A stretch of 64,000 nucleotides of DNA, taken from the NCBI GenBank assembly GCA_051362555.1, contig CM120641.1, forward strand, positions 27,844,401 to 27,908,400. The letters are read 5' to 3'. The notes under the pieces are model-generated. The model did no database searches. It saw nothing but the letters and a program-made list of their open reading frames with translations, and was not told where the DNA came from. This DNA is from Lingula anatina. Its lineage: Eukaryota; Animalia; Brachiopoda. Shown one piece after another: positions 1 to 14,224 of this stretch (positions within the stretch are counted from its first letter, which is position 1; the number at the start of each line of letters is the position of its first letter). The translations under genes were made by a program, and so were the position numbers.

Positions 1-306
1 AGCTTAAGGTACATTTGGTTAATTGAGGAAAATTAGTCAGAATGACTGTGTAAGTTGTTAAAAAGTTATTCTGTATAGCAAAACTATTATGAACATTTGA
101 ATATAAATTGAATATAAAAATACATATTCAATTATCTTCTTATAAGTAAATGACCATAAAATACTGGCCCTATTGGTCTAAGTAAGATAAATATTAAAAA
201 ATCTTCCTACTCTTGTTAAATAATATAAGACAAAAAAAGATGCACACCCTGTTTACACAATTTAGAATATGGACACAGAATGATAAGGACAAGAATGCAC
301 CACATA

Positions 307-622
307 CATAGGCGTCTGCAGAAAATTTTCCAGGGGGGGGGGTCAAAGTACCCTAGGTTCTAGATTCCGGTATTGCCAGCTCGATCTTGACTTCATATAT
401 AACCAATATCAGCAATACCATTTCTAGTAAAAATGACTCCAAGGTATATTTAATATTTACAAGCTAATTTTTACGTTGCTCTGACACTCAGGGTAGGTCA
501 AAGTCATTGAAGGGGGAAATAATGATTGGCTGGGTACCCACAATAGAAATGCAGTTCCAAAATCCCAGGGGGGTCAAGTGATCCCATTGACCCCCCCCCC
601 CCACCCCCTGAGGACGCCCATG
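307..622. mobile_element. Non-autonomous hAT-like MITE (~316 bp)
   Basis: Termini cataggcgtc (307) and gacgcccatg (ends 622) are inverted repeats with 1 mismatch. Flanks accacata / tccacata form a 7/8 8-bp TSD. Internal G/C runs contrast with the AT-rich background. Confidence 0.7.
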
Positions 623-1454
623 TCCACATACAAAGTCTGTCCACTATATCTCATCCAATAGTGAACCTACATCTGTTGTAGGAAATGGCAGGTTCTGGCA
701 CTTGACATTGAAAGGGGGCGGTGAAGTACCACTGAGCAAGTCCTACTCTTTCTATCTCTCTACTATTTTTTTTCTTTACTGTAATTCCATTCCTCTATAC
801 AGTTCAGGGACAGGTGCAGATATGTTTTCTGACAGTCCTCCAAATTATCTTTGTTGATCCATCCTCCATTTTTGACCGTTTTCCGACAGAAAAACTTAGA
901 TGCCTTTCAATGTAAACTTGAAAAATTCTGACCATCTTCCAAAAGACCCATGGTACACAAATTAAAAAAACTATCCATTCTATATGATTCTCTAAATCTA
1001 GTTCATGAAAACTCTATAGCTAAGGCCTCTACATTGCTTTATGTACCAGCTTTTTTAATTGCCATTTAATTGAAAAGGTGGGAAATATATGCATTCTCAA
1101 AAGATTGTTGATAAAGCTGTAAATCAAATTTCTTAGGCACCGACTATCACAGAAATGCTAAAAATGTTTGAGGTTGATCTTTTTTCACCATTTATCCACA
1201 TTTTCTCTGTAAAAAAAAATACATCTTAGTTATTTCTTTAAAGAATCAATCAGTCATACCAGTAAAAGCCAACATTAAATCAAGCTTACTCTAATGACAT
1301 GATTTCTATATCTGTGGAAAAGAGAGTTGCCTTGTTCACAAAGAAAATTTTGAAACTAACAGAAATTGTTAAATTATATAATGAATTCTGTTACTTTGAA
1401 AGTATCTACCTGTTAATAAACTTTTACTTACATGTGCTATAAGGTAACAACAGA

Positions 1455-4122
1455 TTACGGATTTCCTTTTGAATCTTTGCCATTTTCTGTTGTTTCCTCA
1501 TCTTCACCTTCAGCTGCCTTGTTTTCCTAAATTCAGATCCAAAGGTAATTAAATGTACATTCATAATAAGAATACTATTAAATCCATGAATTTAGAGATT
1601 ATTAAAATCAAGTCAATTTAGATCTCTAACATAATACTGCATTTGCATGCTTTGTCATTAGCAGTTAAAACCAGAATAAAAATTCTTGAAATAATAGTTG
1701 CATTTTTTTTTATATTTCAACCACACTATACTACTGTATAAAAACAAAGCTTTAATTCTTTACTTTTCCCTTCTGCAGTTTTAATTCCACTTTGTTTGCT
1801 GTTTCCTCTACATCATCTGTTAAGTTGGAGACAATAACGGCAGCCCAGGCCAGGCCCAAAACAATCCATCCAGTCACAGCCAAACGATACACACCCCGAA
1901 AGGCTGGATCACTTTCAACACCTGAAAATCAGAAAAGAAATATCAATTTTCAAACCTTTAACATAATGGTACAAAATACTTAAATCAACACCCAAATGAT
2001 ATTCAGTGTTGAATGCATGGGTGAAAAACTGAAAATCTTGAAAATACAGCTTGCAATTTCACATCTAATCACAGACTGAAAATCCCATAATAAGGCATAA
2101 TCCTGAAATTTTTCACCCATGTGAATATAGCAACAGTGTTGTGGTTGGCCAGTCACACTTTGCTTCTTTTGCAATCCTTGAATAGTTAACCAGACTTTAC
2201 TGATCATCTGGTATAAATAATCATTGTCTACATCATCATCAGGATAAAACTGAACGCACAGCTCTTACATAATACCACTTTGCAAAACATGTAAATCTAT
2301 ACTGAGCCGCTAACTTATAATAAGCCATTTTAAGGTAGGGCAGAAAAGAAACACACTATTTATGACAATATGTTTTTTTTTAATAAAATGTACTTAATCA
2401 CACAATACCCTCAATGCATGCTTACCAGCAACAAAGTCCCCAAATCCAATTGTGGTCAGAGTGATGAAAGTATAGTACAAACTCTCAGCATAAGTCCAGC
2501 CTTCTATAGCAGTAAATATACCAGCAGGAACAATCATGAACAGGATTATTCCCAATGCTAGCGTAAGCAATGACTTTATAATCCAGATTTTTCTACTTTC
2601 TTTGCCTGGGAAGCATCTATTCCGCAATTTCTGAGCTCCATTTTTTATTTTTTGACCTATCGTGGCAAGGATAACGCCCATCATTGGAATGCCAAATATG
2701 GCGTATATGACACAGAAGGCACGTCCACCTGCAGTTGTTGGGGAGATGTTTCCATATCCTAAAAGAAATTTAATTGAGGTGTTATCTCATTTGACGTTAT
2801 ATAATGGTAGAAGCAAAAATTTAAGTTTTACATTTTTTTTTTGTTTTTTGGTTCCACTTATAAATAAATTTATTGTAAATACTTTAATGTATTCATTACC
2901 ATCATATAATAAATCCTCCTATCTCATTAAAGTATAAAGGCACATGCATCATTACTAATAAAATACATTTAAACATACAGAAATGAATAAACATAATCAG
3001 GTTCATGTGTGGCACATACCATTTTAACTCTACCATTTTGCCACTCAAATCTAATTCACTAATTCAAAAATATCTTATTTCAGTAGAAAATACAAATGGA
3101 GCTTGCACAGTTATACAAACGGTGCATTCATGCAAATAATTACCTAGGATAACAGAAGGAGAAATCAATTAATTTTTTTCATATGCTGGGAGTTTTTTTG
3201 ATTCCTACCTATAGTTGTGATAATTGTAGCAGAGAAAAACACAGCACTTGGAATGTCCCAGTTAGAAGCACTTTGTGTTGAATTGGTCTGCAATACACCA
3301 CTGTCATACGCTTTGATAATGGTTTTAATAAGAGTTTCCAGTTCCTCTTGACTTACACATGTAAAATTATCTAGAAAAAGAGAAAAAATATATCTAAAAA
3401 AATACATGCCTCAAAAAAAAAAAAAAAAAAAAAAAAACATAATATTGAACACGTCTTCATTTTGCTTTTTATAAATTGTCTTAATGAGCCATATCAGGAT
3501 CACTCAGGTGTAATATGAAAAGAGCTGAGATATGATATGATATGATATGATATGATAAGATACGATACGATACTACTCTGTTTATACGGTAATTAGTTGA
3601 CTTTATTCAATATAGGAAAATTGCTTATTTTACAAATACTGATTTTTTGATGGTCATAATTTCTTAAAATTAGAATATTCCTATTTAGTGGTTGCAATGA
3701 AATTAAAAAGCGGGCTACTCTACAGTATGGTTCTATTCTATGCAGTTTAAGCACCTCAAATGGTTATGCTTTATAAAAACTAGTTTTTGTGATTATAAAA
3801 TTACAGACAGATCTGACAGTTTGATCATTTTTGCCCATTGTAAAGATTGAGTAATTATCATACTTGCAGATATAAGACATCTTAATATATATTTCTGTAC
3901 CATTGACCTAAAACACAGCAAAGTGAAAATAAGTAATCACTGCCTATTCGTGAGTATCACAGTTAAAGTCATATACTTACTAAGGAAATTTTGATACCCT
4001 GTGAAAGCTGTTGTCCTCACTGTATCCTCATTTGGAGTTTCTATGAAATGGAACACTACTCCACCAATGATAACATATATGAGACAAACAAACAAAAGCA
4101 AGGCTAAGACCCAGCCCTTCAT
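1455..4122 (-). CDS. Two-pore-domain potassium channel (K2P), TREK/TALK-like (KCNK2/4/10/16 group), ~288 aa, 5 coding exons
   Basis: Exons with GT-AG sites and consistent phases: 3981-4122, 3209-3370, 2426-2758, 1764-1921, 1455-1526. Protein shows M1 (LLLFVCLIYVIIGGVVFHFIE), cap with Cys (NFTCVSQEEL), P1 [24 protein letters not shown], M2 FCVIYAIFGIP, P2 EGWTYAESLYYTFITLTTIGFGDFVAG and M4 GWIVLGLAWAA. The extreme C-terminus is uncertain (stop versus further micro-exons). Confidence 0.93.
3529..3572. repeat. (GATAT)n / (GATAC)n pentanucleotide microsatellite
   Basis: Direct reading, in K2P intron. Confidence 0.85.
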
Positions 4123-4708
4123 GTTGCCCCAAAAAACCGACTGGAGGGTTCAAGTTTCACCAGGTTAAGCCAGTAAATAGGTCCTGAAAATAAACATACC
4201 AATTTGCAATACATTTAGTCAAAGCATAACCATTCAAAGGAACATTGTTTGCTTCAGGAGAATTATAGGGTCAAAGGAATATCTTTATATATATATCACT
4301 TAAAGGCTCCATACAGTGCACACAAACTTAAGTAGACTGTGGTTATAGCATCCACTGCTTTTTTTTTTTAAATAAAAAATATCAATTAAAACTATTGTTT
4401 TTTGTTGATGCACTTTGGTACCAGATCCAAGTTGTACATGTATTTCTCCATTTGAAATATCATCATTCAGAGTAAACACTTATATTGCGTATTTTCCTTG
4501 TCATGCATATGTGGATCAATTTCCCTTCTCAACAAGTACACACATTTACTATGCAGTGAACAAATATATATCAAAGTACATAATTTATAAGCACAACTGA
4601 TATCATACCCTTTCCATTAAATTGTTGATGACTGAATGTCACCTGAAACATATGTGGAAACTAGAGATATATGTGGAAGTTTATATGCTGTACCAAGAAG
4701 ATTTTGGA

Positions 4709-4710
<2 letters not shown>

Positions 4711-4750
<40 letters not shown>
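4711..4750. repeat. (TTA)n microsatellite
   Basis: Direct reading; explains the poly-L and poly-N ORFs. Confidence 0.9.
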
Positions 4751-6639
4751 GTAAAACCACTTCACCTAATAAAAACAAGATAAAAATCTGTTTATGTTGT
4801 GTTTTAAAACTATGTACCACTACTTTCGTACAAAAGCCACTGAATGTCTTTTTGACATTTTAAAACAAGTCCCATAGTGTTTGCAATATGGCTTGACCAA
4901 AAAGTTATTAATTTTTAATTATTTAGTTTTTTAGTTATTAATTAATTTAATTTATCAATTAAAATGGTATAAAATATCCAATCCAAGGGAAGGAACAGTT
5001 CAAGCACAGATTCACAAGTACGTAGGAGAATTTTTTTTCATACAGATTATCCAATTCTGATGGGAAAATCCCAGATCAGATGCCTTAAATTGTTAAACTC
5101 TACAAGCCTTGACTACACATACATGTAATCTGTAATTCAATCTATGTCCTCTCTGTTAATGCCCTTGGGCCTAAAATATGATTACTGTATCCAATTAACT
5201 TCATATCATACACACAATTAATTAATTAAATCTTAACTACAGCCCATCCAGTCCAGTCCAATAATTAATGTACATTTTATCTAAATTCACTAGGTCCATC
5301 TCACCTGAATTTCTTTGAATAAGCTGTAAAACGCAGCCAGTCTTCTAAAGATGTTCTATTGATTTTCCACTGTCTTAGGCACATCCACAGTTGTCATCTA
5401 CAACTAATCAATAATGTTTCTGTGCCTCTGACATCTGGTATTTACCTCTAAATCAAACACTTATAACAGTGTTCTATAGCTATTAGAAACGTTAATTCAG
5501 ACAACACCATGTTTGCTACACTAAATAATGAATTCGATATCTATTCAATATTCAATGTGGCACTCGTAATGAGAAGGACACACTTCAATTCCTTGAGATA
5601 CAATTTTAATATCATTTTCCTCTCAAAGCTGATTGTCAGATTGTCAGGAAAAAAGGAAGTGATAAATTACCAGAGGTGGAAAAGATCAATACATTAATTT
5701 CTCATCCCTGATGATCACTTCTCAGACAAAAAAGAGAAAACAAATATCAATACTGAGCCTAGCAGTGATAATTTATACATAATCACCATAGTGAAAAACA
5801 AAAAGAAGAATTAAGCTCATTAATTGAAAATATATTCAGGATAATAGACAGTGCCAGGGCATGCTTTGTAAAATACTGCCAGAGAACTTAATTTCCTGTA
5901 ACACAGATTGTTATGACCTTCTGCTAGTAGCAAAGGATTAATTTTACCCAGTATTCTTTAAGGATAAAAAGTTCATTTTAAAATTTGGCATACCACAGTA
6001 CAGCTTGACTTTCCAAATTTAAGGTTGAATTATACTTCTTTGAGATGCCAAACCTACGTAACTCACAGATCCCTCAAAAATCAATAAATCAATTGATTCA
6101 TCAATCAAACAATCAATCATCAATCACTCAACTAAAGTGCATGTAACTGTAATTAATTGGTCGATCAATAATAATGATTAAGTTAGACGCGTTCCTGGCA
6201 GGGATGCTGTTAATTGCCAGAATCCTGTGATAACTCATGCCAAATGCATGCTAAGACCAATACCTGTTGAAGGATTCAATCATGAAATATCTTTTTTAAT
6301 ACGATAACTGATCACGACACATTAATATTGACCATATGGATATTACTGTCCATATGGATATTTGTATACTAGTTAATTATCATGTGCTGTTGTTTAGAAA
6401 CCTCAAAAGGATGATTTTGCAAAATGTCCCAACACACAGTGACCCGTTTTACATGTGTTAAAACATTAAAAAAATGATAAACCAAAAGAAATTATCGTGG
6501 TTAGGACTCAACCATATATATGTCATATATTTTGAATATACATGTACTGGTACAAGAATCCGAATAAATAACGTTTTCGACCGCTGTAAACTTGTGTTCA
6601 ATAATATTAATTAATTTTTTAAAAGTTAATAAAACTTCT

Positions 6640-7212
6640 TTTCCTCACCTAAATCCGACTGGATTGTACTACAGTTTGTTTGAAATGCGGTGGAATTCAC
6701 CAAAGAAGAATAACAAACATAGCTTTCTGTTGCGCTATAGTGAGTAACAGGTGTGCTAACATCACTATGTAGTTTTACGCTTAAATAAACACGAGTGACC
6801 CTCGATAACTCTTCATCTTTGAATAAATATCATGTATCGAAAACGAGGGTCTAATGTGGATAAGCTGCACTAAAGAAACACGAGAAAAAACTGATCAATA
6901 GAAAAATGAAACCTACATTTATGAAGTGATACTCAAAATCGACCTCTTGTCAAAAAAAATTCATGTTTGTGTCAGCTTGTCACAACACATACTCGGATCA
7001 GAATTAGGGTTATGCAGAGAGAGGTTTGAGAGTATGCAATGCTTTTGGAGAGTATTTGAAAAGGCAGCCTGGGATAAGACGCACATTTTGATTGGTCAAT
7101 TTGTGTGGTTGATAGTAACAAATATGGCGTACTAAGCCGAAAACAAGAACTCCATTTTCGGAGTTCAAAACGACATTTGCACCCCTTTTGTTCCCATTTG
7201 TTAACATTCAAC
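6640..7212. promoter_or_regulatory. Probable bidirectional promoter region between the K2P gene and SPATA7
   Basis: Locally CpG-enriched. Reverse CCAAT (attgg 7091-7095) and a YY1-like caaatatggcg (7119-7129) lie just upstream of the SPATA7 ATG. Minus-strand donor-like sites (ag|gtgagg near 6648, ag|gtgaga near 5304) and an acceptor at 4184 suggest non-coding 5' exons of the K2P gene. Confidence 0.5.
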
Positions 7213-10200
7213 ATGTCATCGAAGCCAAGGAAATCAGGTGAGACCTTATATTTGACAGATTCGCTGTGTGCATATTTTTTATTTCCAAATATATGGCACC
7301 AAATTGTTTGCTCAAAGTTACAAAAAATGACAAAGTTGTGACACGTACAGTGTAGAACTTTGTTAATCTTAATGCGTTGACTGATATTATGGACTGGTTG
7401 CTGTGCTGTGTGTTGGTCTTTCATGATTCATCTCGGCGTGCACCAGGATTTTTACGTATAAACTGCGTGAATAATATTACTTGCAATGTAACGTGTTGAT
7501 GCAGGTTTACTTGGAGTGATGCGTTATAACCTTAAAATTAAATTATATGAAGTTTATTATTTTTGTAATATTTAATCCAGTTTGATGTACACTAGGAGGA
7601 GAAAGCCTACATCCCTAAAGTTTCAGATTTTTAGTCTGATTTTATGCCTTCAATTCATACGTGTGCTTACAGAAAGCTAGTGCTCCCTTTATAGAAATAC
7701 ACTGTAATACATGTACATGTCATTTCTCAAGTCATAATATAATACACCTTTTTGTGCATCCTTTTAGCTGGCTTTCCAAAATATTCAGTTTTTATTTTTC
7801 TAAATCCAAAACATAAATGCCACATGGTAAGTTTTGATTTAGATGTAACAATACAAGTACTTATTTGTAGTCTATTCTCCGCAACCTGCTCTGGCAAATG
7901 GAATGAAGGGAAACCTCATCCTAAAAAGTAGCCGTAAGTACTAACATCTACTAAACTTGCTTCTTTATTATGTAGAGTGAAGTGACAGTATGTTAATAAA
8001 TAATTGCTTTTAATTTTTCTGCATAGTAATCAGACATATTAACATTTTTCCAAAGCTATGGATGAATTTACTTACATGAAAAAAAAAGTATTGTGTATTT
8101 ACATGTATTTTTTAATTCATGTGTTATTATTGAATTTTGTGACAGCATTTGCTCCCACACAGAACAGTCTCAACTCACAGTACCTGGTCCTAGATCACAT
8201 GAATGCTCACTACAGGAAAGTTAATACTGCAAAAAGTAAGTGTATACTAAAATCTTTGTAAGTATTCAGATATCAACATTAAAAAAAAAAAAACAGTTAA
8301 AGAAACAACATATTAAAATATGAGTTTGAAATGAATCTGCATACTAGTACAGTATGTAGCCTCAGAACTGAGTTTGTCACAAATGTCAATATGAGGTGAG
8401 GTTTTTGAATTTTTTATGATCCTTCTTTGATTGTATACATTTTCCTAGAAATCATAAATGCTAAAGGTATTCTTTTAGTTCAAAAGAAGGTTCTTCTGAT
8501 CTTCTAAAACCCATTTAGAGTCATAACAAGGATAAACCATCTTCTATTTAATTGGCATAATAAATTATTGACATTTATCATTTTCTTTTATTATCTAAGG
8601 TGCTATTGACATGTCAGTTCCAAAAGCTTGGCTTGTCAGTCAGAAAGGTAATAGGAAAGCAAAGCACAGAGAGTACTAGTAGATGGCAAATATGTTGAAT
8701 AAGTCACTAGAAGATAATTAAACTTTTAGTTATAATGAAAATTGTCCCCATTTGTCAGTTGCCTGGTTGTAGAAAATGAGAATTTGTTTTAATTATGTCC
8801 TTTTTGATATTGTTACAGAGAGGTTGGTACATAATTTGATTGTTCCCATTACTTGGTGCAATGCACGTACATGTTACATATATGTAAGTATTCTCCATCT
8901 ATATATATGTATGCACTTATGTATGTATGTTCTTTCATAGTCCGTGACCAGAACAGACGTGCACAGCAACAGAAATCTAAGAGTCGTCCTCCATCAGGTG
9001 CCAAGTCTGTGCCAACTGCACAAATACAGGATGAGGAAGATGAGGATGATTTTGACCCAGAAATTGTAAGTGATATATTCTTGATAAAGTTAAAGCAAGA
9101 AGGTTATGTAATTAAGATCTATTCCAGTTGAGAATTGGATTATTAATGTGCTTGATTTTACTTGTTTTATGTTTGATTTAGAGATACAGTGTATTATCAT
9201 TTGATTTTGAACTTTTTAGGGCACATCGCGAGAAGAAATGGCTTTAATTAAGAACTTAATACATGAAACACAACAAGAAAAAGAGGAGGAGGAGGCTAGA
9301 ATGTATGCAAAGAACAACGGGGAAGATTATGACCCTTACCAAAACAGGAGACGTCCCACAGCAAGTGATATGCAGCTCTTAGACCGAATGATCAAGGATT
9401 CAAGACAATCCCCAAGCTCATACAAAAGCCCACGTCCCATGGCCTCTAATATCCCTGACTCCTGGGAGGGAAGTATCAGCCAAACCCAGGGGGGAACCCC
9501 TAGGAGAAAACAAGGCGGAGACCTTCTAGATACCAGGGGACATAAATTTACTGAGCCACAGAAACCTTTTACCCCAAGGACTCTCAAGTCAACTAAGTCG
9601 TCAAAGCTGACTCAGTACAAGTTTTACAACCCACCGCCTAAGAAACAGGTACACAAGAGAAGGGGTATCGACCCTTCAGTTCGAGGAGAGACACCCACGG
9701 ACACATATGATTTGATGGATGAAACTTTGCAAAGTCGGGATTTCTCAAGACTCAGGCAGTCAGGTAAGAAAGATGTCCTTGGATTTCTTTTATTATTAAA
9801 TGCATATATAATAGGTTTCATGCCTTTAATGAAATGAGATAATATGAGAACCCAGTCTAATCTGTTAAAATATTCATATTCGTACCAGGAACTGTGCCTC
9901 CATTGGACATCTCTCTGGACGCTGACCACATGAAGTGGTTAAAGGAACAGGAGAAGAAAGCTCAGGTCAGAGCTGGAAGCCATGTGCAGCATGAACTGGA
10001 GCCAGATCACCAGCGGGGGTCACTCATGCAGGCCCATGGGGGCCTGAGAAGAGACAGAAGTAACAGCTACTTGGACATGACTGGCAAGCATCAGCAACAA
10101 GACAGGTTGGTTAAAATTATGATTACAATATTGAACAAACCTGACTTCAAGACAGAAGATAGAATTTGAATTAGTTTTTTTTTTTTTTTTGCATGGAATA

Positions 10201-11156
10201 TTTGGTTATTCTGAGCAAAAATAAGTTCAGATCTGTTCTGAAACAAAAATTCAGAAGTATTAAAAAAAAAAAAAAAGTTGATCTGATTTCATTTTTTTAT
10301 CTATGAAGCATGATGTTAAGACCCTTCATCAAAGGGTCTTTTTCACATGACTGACTCTTCTATGTAAACTCTGGAAGTTAGGATGTGATTGTAGCATAGT
10401 ATATGACTGTTAACTCGTTTAACATCATTACACAAGAGGCAATAAAAGTCTTATTTTACAATACATAGTGCTATTACTAGAAGGACATCTTTGCTGTGCA
10501 ACAATAAAATGTGCAGTAATGTGATACAGTCAAATGAGATGCTGATATAACATGAATATTTTTTCTGCTTATTTAGCATGTCAGGGTCAAGAAAATATTT
10601 GAGCCGCTCAAACACAAGTACAATGCAACGAGTCAAAGATGAGTAAGTATAAAATTTACTCCGTCATTTGAAGTATGTAGCATTTTTCAGGTAGACTTGA
10701 CTTTATGGAATGAATTACCTTGAGAAAGAAATTATATAACAACATTACATAAAACCTCAAGAGGCCAAAATGGTTTTTCCTGTTCTAGACTTAAATGTTT
10801 ACAAATGTTTATATCAATTAATTAAATAATTGTTTTATTAATCATTATCTTATCTAGGGAGGATGAACTAAAATATCTGGAGTTTATTAAAGAAGTTACC
10901 AACGATGTTCTGGAAAGAGGGATTTTTACAAACAGGTTATTATTATTATTATTACTATTTAATCATCTAATTTTATATCACTAGTAGTAAATTTTCCAGT
11001 ATTGTATTTTATATTAGACTGTTTTCATATTGTTGAGATAGGCTATAGATGTAACAGCAAGATATGCATTGCAAACATTGGAAGCTTGTTAAATGCATTT
11101 TGGCATTTTTTCAAACTTCTATCCAACTCTCTTTAATCCTGATACATCTTTTAAAT

Positions 11157-11210
<54 letters not shown>

Positions 11211-12792
11211 CTTTATGGATTGTATATAAGGCTTAATTTGTTATTTTTAGGGTGCTTAAGCAGGTGTTTGAACACCACATCGAAAAAAGAAAACAAGATT
11301 TGAAAATAGTGAGTCCTCGTTTACATTGTTAAAGCAATTGCAGTAATTGATAAAGGTTCATTTTAATCAATCCTCAGCAATAATATGGTATTCATGGAAC
11401 TGTCATTTAAAATGGTGCTTATAAAATATGAAATAATGAGAGATTGAAATCATGTGTAAAACAGTTTGTATTTTTACAAAAGTCTATTAGATTGCACGCT
11501 GTGTTCACGTGGACCAAATTGATGTAGAAATTATATGATCATTTCAGAGCCGAATGCGTGCCTTGGTGGACACTCTAAGGGAAGACCTTGGAATTCCTGA
11601 GGACGATGGCAGTTTAGACACAGATGATGTAGGTATGGGGTCCACCACGTCTGTGCCGCCTCTTGTCAAACCCAGGTCTGCTACACTCGGCAATAACCAC
11701 AGCGCTAACTACGAAGATGAATTCGTCAAAGATTATCTCAAACTGGCAACGAGGCTTCAACTGGAGGGAGGCTTGGATGGATCTTCGAGTTTTAACTCGC
11801 CGAAAAATTACGAAAATAATGTGAACAATAACAATACAGGACATGGAAAATTTGAATACAAAGGGATGAATGGTGGTGGTGGTGGTGGTGGTGGCCATGG
11901 AAAAGAAAACGGTGATTTAGGTTGGGTGAATGGTAATACAGTGGATGTGAACAAAAATACATACTTGACAGAAGTCGAAGAGGATGGCAGTGGAAGCACC
12001 CTTCTAAACATGAAAGGGACCTATGACAGGCTTGAGCCAGTGTCAGAGGAAGTGACTCCAGAGTTGACGCCCAAAGCACCGCCTCGTCGGTCTCTCCACT
12101 CCATGTCATCAGCACTGAGTGAAGAAAAGGAGGTTAGACATGGGAGTGTTGAAGATGATGACAAACCCAAGCCCAGCCCTAGACCACGACCTAGATTACA
12201 ACGTAAAAAGACCATAGAGGAGACAGATGATGATGACATAACAGAAACCAAGACGGTTACAACGGAAAATGAAGAATCCACAGAATTAAAGCAAAAAAAG
12301 ACCCCAGAGGAGGCAGATAATGATGATGATGATGACGGCTTAACAAAAACCAAAGCATTTACACTGAAAAATCAAAAATCCACAGACGTAGAGGACAAAG
12401 AGGAAGAACCATTGGATTCTGATGAACTTTTAAGACAAGTCTCAGACAAGCTAAGTGAGTTGAAAAGTGATGATGATGATGCAAAAAGCAACATTGATGA
12501 TAGCAATAGCAAGAAAAATGGTGCTCTTAGCAGGCAGAGTTCAGTTGATTTGTCAGAAAAACTCAACAAAGATAAAACTGTTGATAAAGAGGGTTCTACT
12601 TACCCAGAAAACAAAGAGGCAGAGACTTCTAGAAATGATGAGAATGCTGCTGCTGCCTCAACTAGTAAAGACAACGACATAGATATTACGTCAGATTTTG
12701 AGTATAGTGAAGATGAAGATCAAAAAGATGATGCTGGTAATGATGAAAATGGTGGAAAATCTACAGCAAGATCGGATGATGATGACTTTTAA
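7213..12792 (+). CDS. SPATA7: Spermatogenesis-associated protein 7 homologue (ciliary protein), ~852 aa, 11 coding exons
   Basis: Exons 7213-7237, 7871-7933, 8146-8235, 8600-8647, 8941-9065, 9220-9763, 9889-10105, 10577-10642, 10858-10935, 11251-11308, 11548-12792 (2559 nt, all phases consistent). KGNLILKSSPF..QYLVLDHMNAHYRKVNTAKSAIDMSVPK..VRDQNRR and EEDELKYLEFIKEVTNDVLERGIFTNRVLKQVFEHHIEK..MRALVDTLREDLG match the two conserved SPATA7 blocks as recalled. Long acidic last exon. Confidence 0.9.
11161..11205. repeat. (AT)n microsatellite
   Basis: Direct reading, SPATA7 intron. Confidence 0.9.
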
Positions 12793-13466
12793 GATCTGTA
12801 ATATCAATTTGTACTGTCCAGATATGTATTTCTGAAAATGTGACCGAAATGTCACTGTATTTTTTTCTGTCATTGACATTTGCTCAGACCAATTTAATCT
12901 TGTGCATGATCGCACAGCTGTGCTACTACTGGTATAGCTTTCCTGTTAATTATACATTGCTTAAGCTTTAAGTGTAGTATTTCAATATGATACATGGTGA
13001 GTTCTGTGATATGCTTAAAGAGGAATATATTTATACACACTGGTACATTCATATCATCATTTTGTTATTCATATTGTTTTTTAAGCAAATTTTTTATATA
13101 AAGCCATAAAAAGCCAGGTTCATTTTTCTTGTACAGCTCATTTTTTAGTGCAAGAAACATCCGTCCACAATGTTATAGACCTAAATGCAAATATATACTT
13201 CGAGTTTGTCATTATTTGTTGCATTTTTGTCATTGGTGTCCCTTTTTGTCAAAGAGAAAAAACAAATTCAGTATTTATTTATTTCTTTGGCATTTGTGTT
13301 ACCATCCAAAGTGATATTTTTTTAAAAATCTCTATCATTGTCACCAGAAAGTATGTTTAATAGCAGTTCCTGTGTTACTTTGTCACATTTGAAATGGTTT
13401 TCTATTATTAGTACCACCAGCGTGTACGCTGGCGGTACTCATGGTTTTAGTCCCGACCCGTCTCGT

Positions 13467-13530
13467 CCGGCTCCGCCGGCTCCGTTGGCTCCGCCGGCTC
13501 CGCCGGCTCCGTAAGCTCCGCCGGCTCCGC
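13467..13530. repeat. GC-rich 9-bp minisatellite (ccggctccg)n
   Basis: About 7 copies read directly, inside the Helentron-type element. Confidence 0.85.
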
Positions 13531-14224
13531 GTACTGGCGCCGGATACAAGTCACCGTTACCGCTTCTCCTCCTAGACCGCAAGGACCCCTGTCCCCATCT
13601 CTTGGATTTAGGTCACATATAACCTCAACTTGAACCCCCAGGTTTTTTTGTCTCAGTCGGTACATTGACCTGGGCGTGACGCTCCTTGAAATGCACCCTT
13701 GTCAAAATTTTTGAAAATTCAATGCCAATTATCTACCCTACGGAAGGAATTATGGGAAAATTTTCTACAGACGGCTTTCCAAAAGTCATATGTGTAGATT
13801 TCAAATATGCCCTTGGATTTGACCTTTGACCTTTATTTCAAGGTCAAACGGGCCAAAATTTTCAAAAAAATGAAATTTTTTACGAAAAAAAATATTATTT
13901 GCACTGTTATTCAGACACTACACAGACTTAACCAATAATTATATTGGAAAGTGTTACCCTTTGGGTCATCTTTCATCTCTGTGAATTTGGGGTCAATCGG
14001 TGCATTTTCACAGGAGTAGCGGCCATAAAATACCGAAAATGAAAACTGTCTCTAATTCGGGAACCGTTAATGCTAGCGACCCGTTCTTTTTTGCATTTTG
14101 TAGAGCATGTAAAGCCCAACACTGAGAGTGGTCTCCGTTTTTTTGTATTTCATACGGTTTTCGTGTTATGCTGTATTAAAAAGTACTTTGTGGTGGCACA
14201 TTTTTGTAACTCAGAATTGTAACA

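Noticed and set aside
4617-4863. Poly-Leu 'signal peptide' and poly-Asn ORFs
   Set aside because: Products of the (TTA)n microsatellite.
7105-7120. RFX X-box in the promoter of ciliary gene SPATA7
   Set aside because: Only the ATAGTAAC half matches; the other half is poor, so it is not supportable.
6972-7424. 150-aa minus-strand ORF over the SPATA7 start
   Set aside because: No recognisable domain or coding-like composition; overlaps promoter, exon 1 and intron 1.
11614-12915. Minus-strand Ser-, His- and Pro-run ORFs
   Set aside because: Antisense shadows of the low-complexity last SPATA7 exon.
13447-13665. 72-aa ORF with PAE repeats
   Set aside because: Translation of the 9-bp minisatellite in the non-autonomous element.
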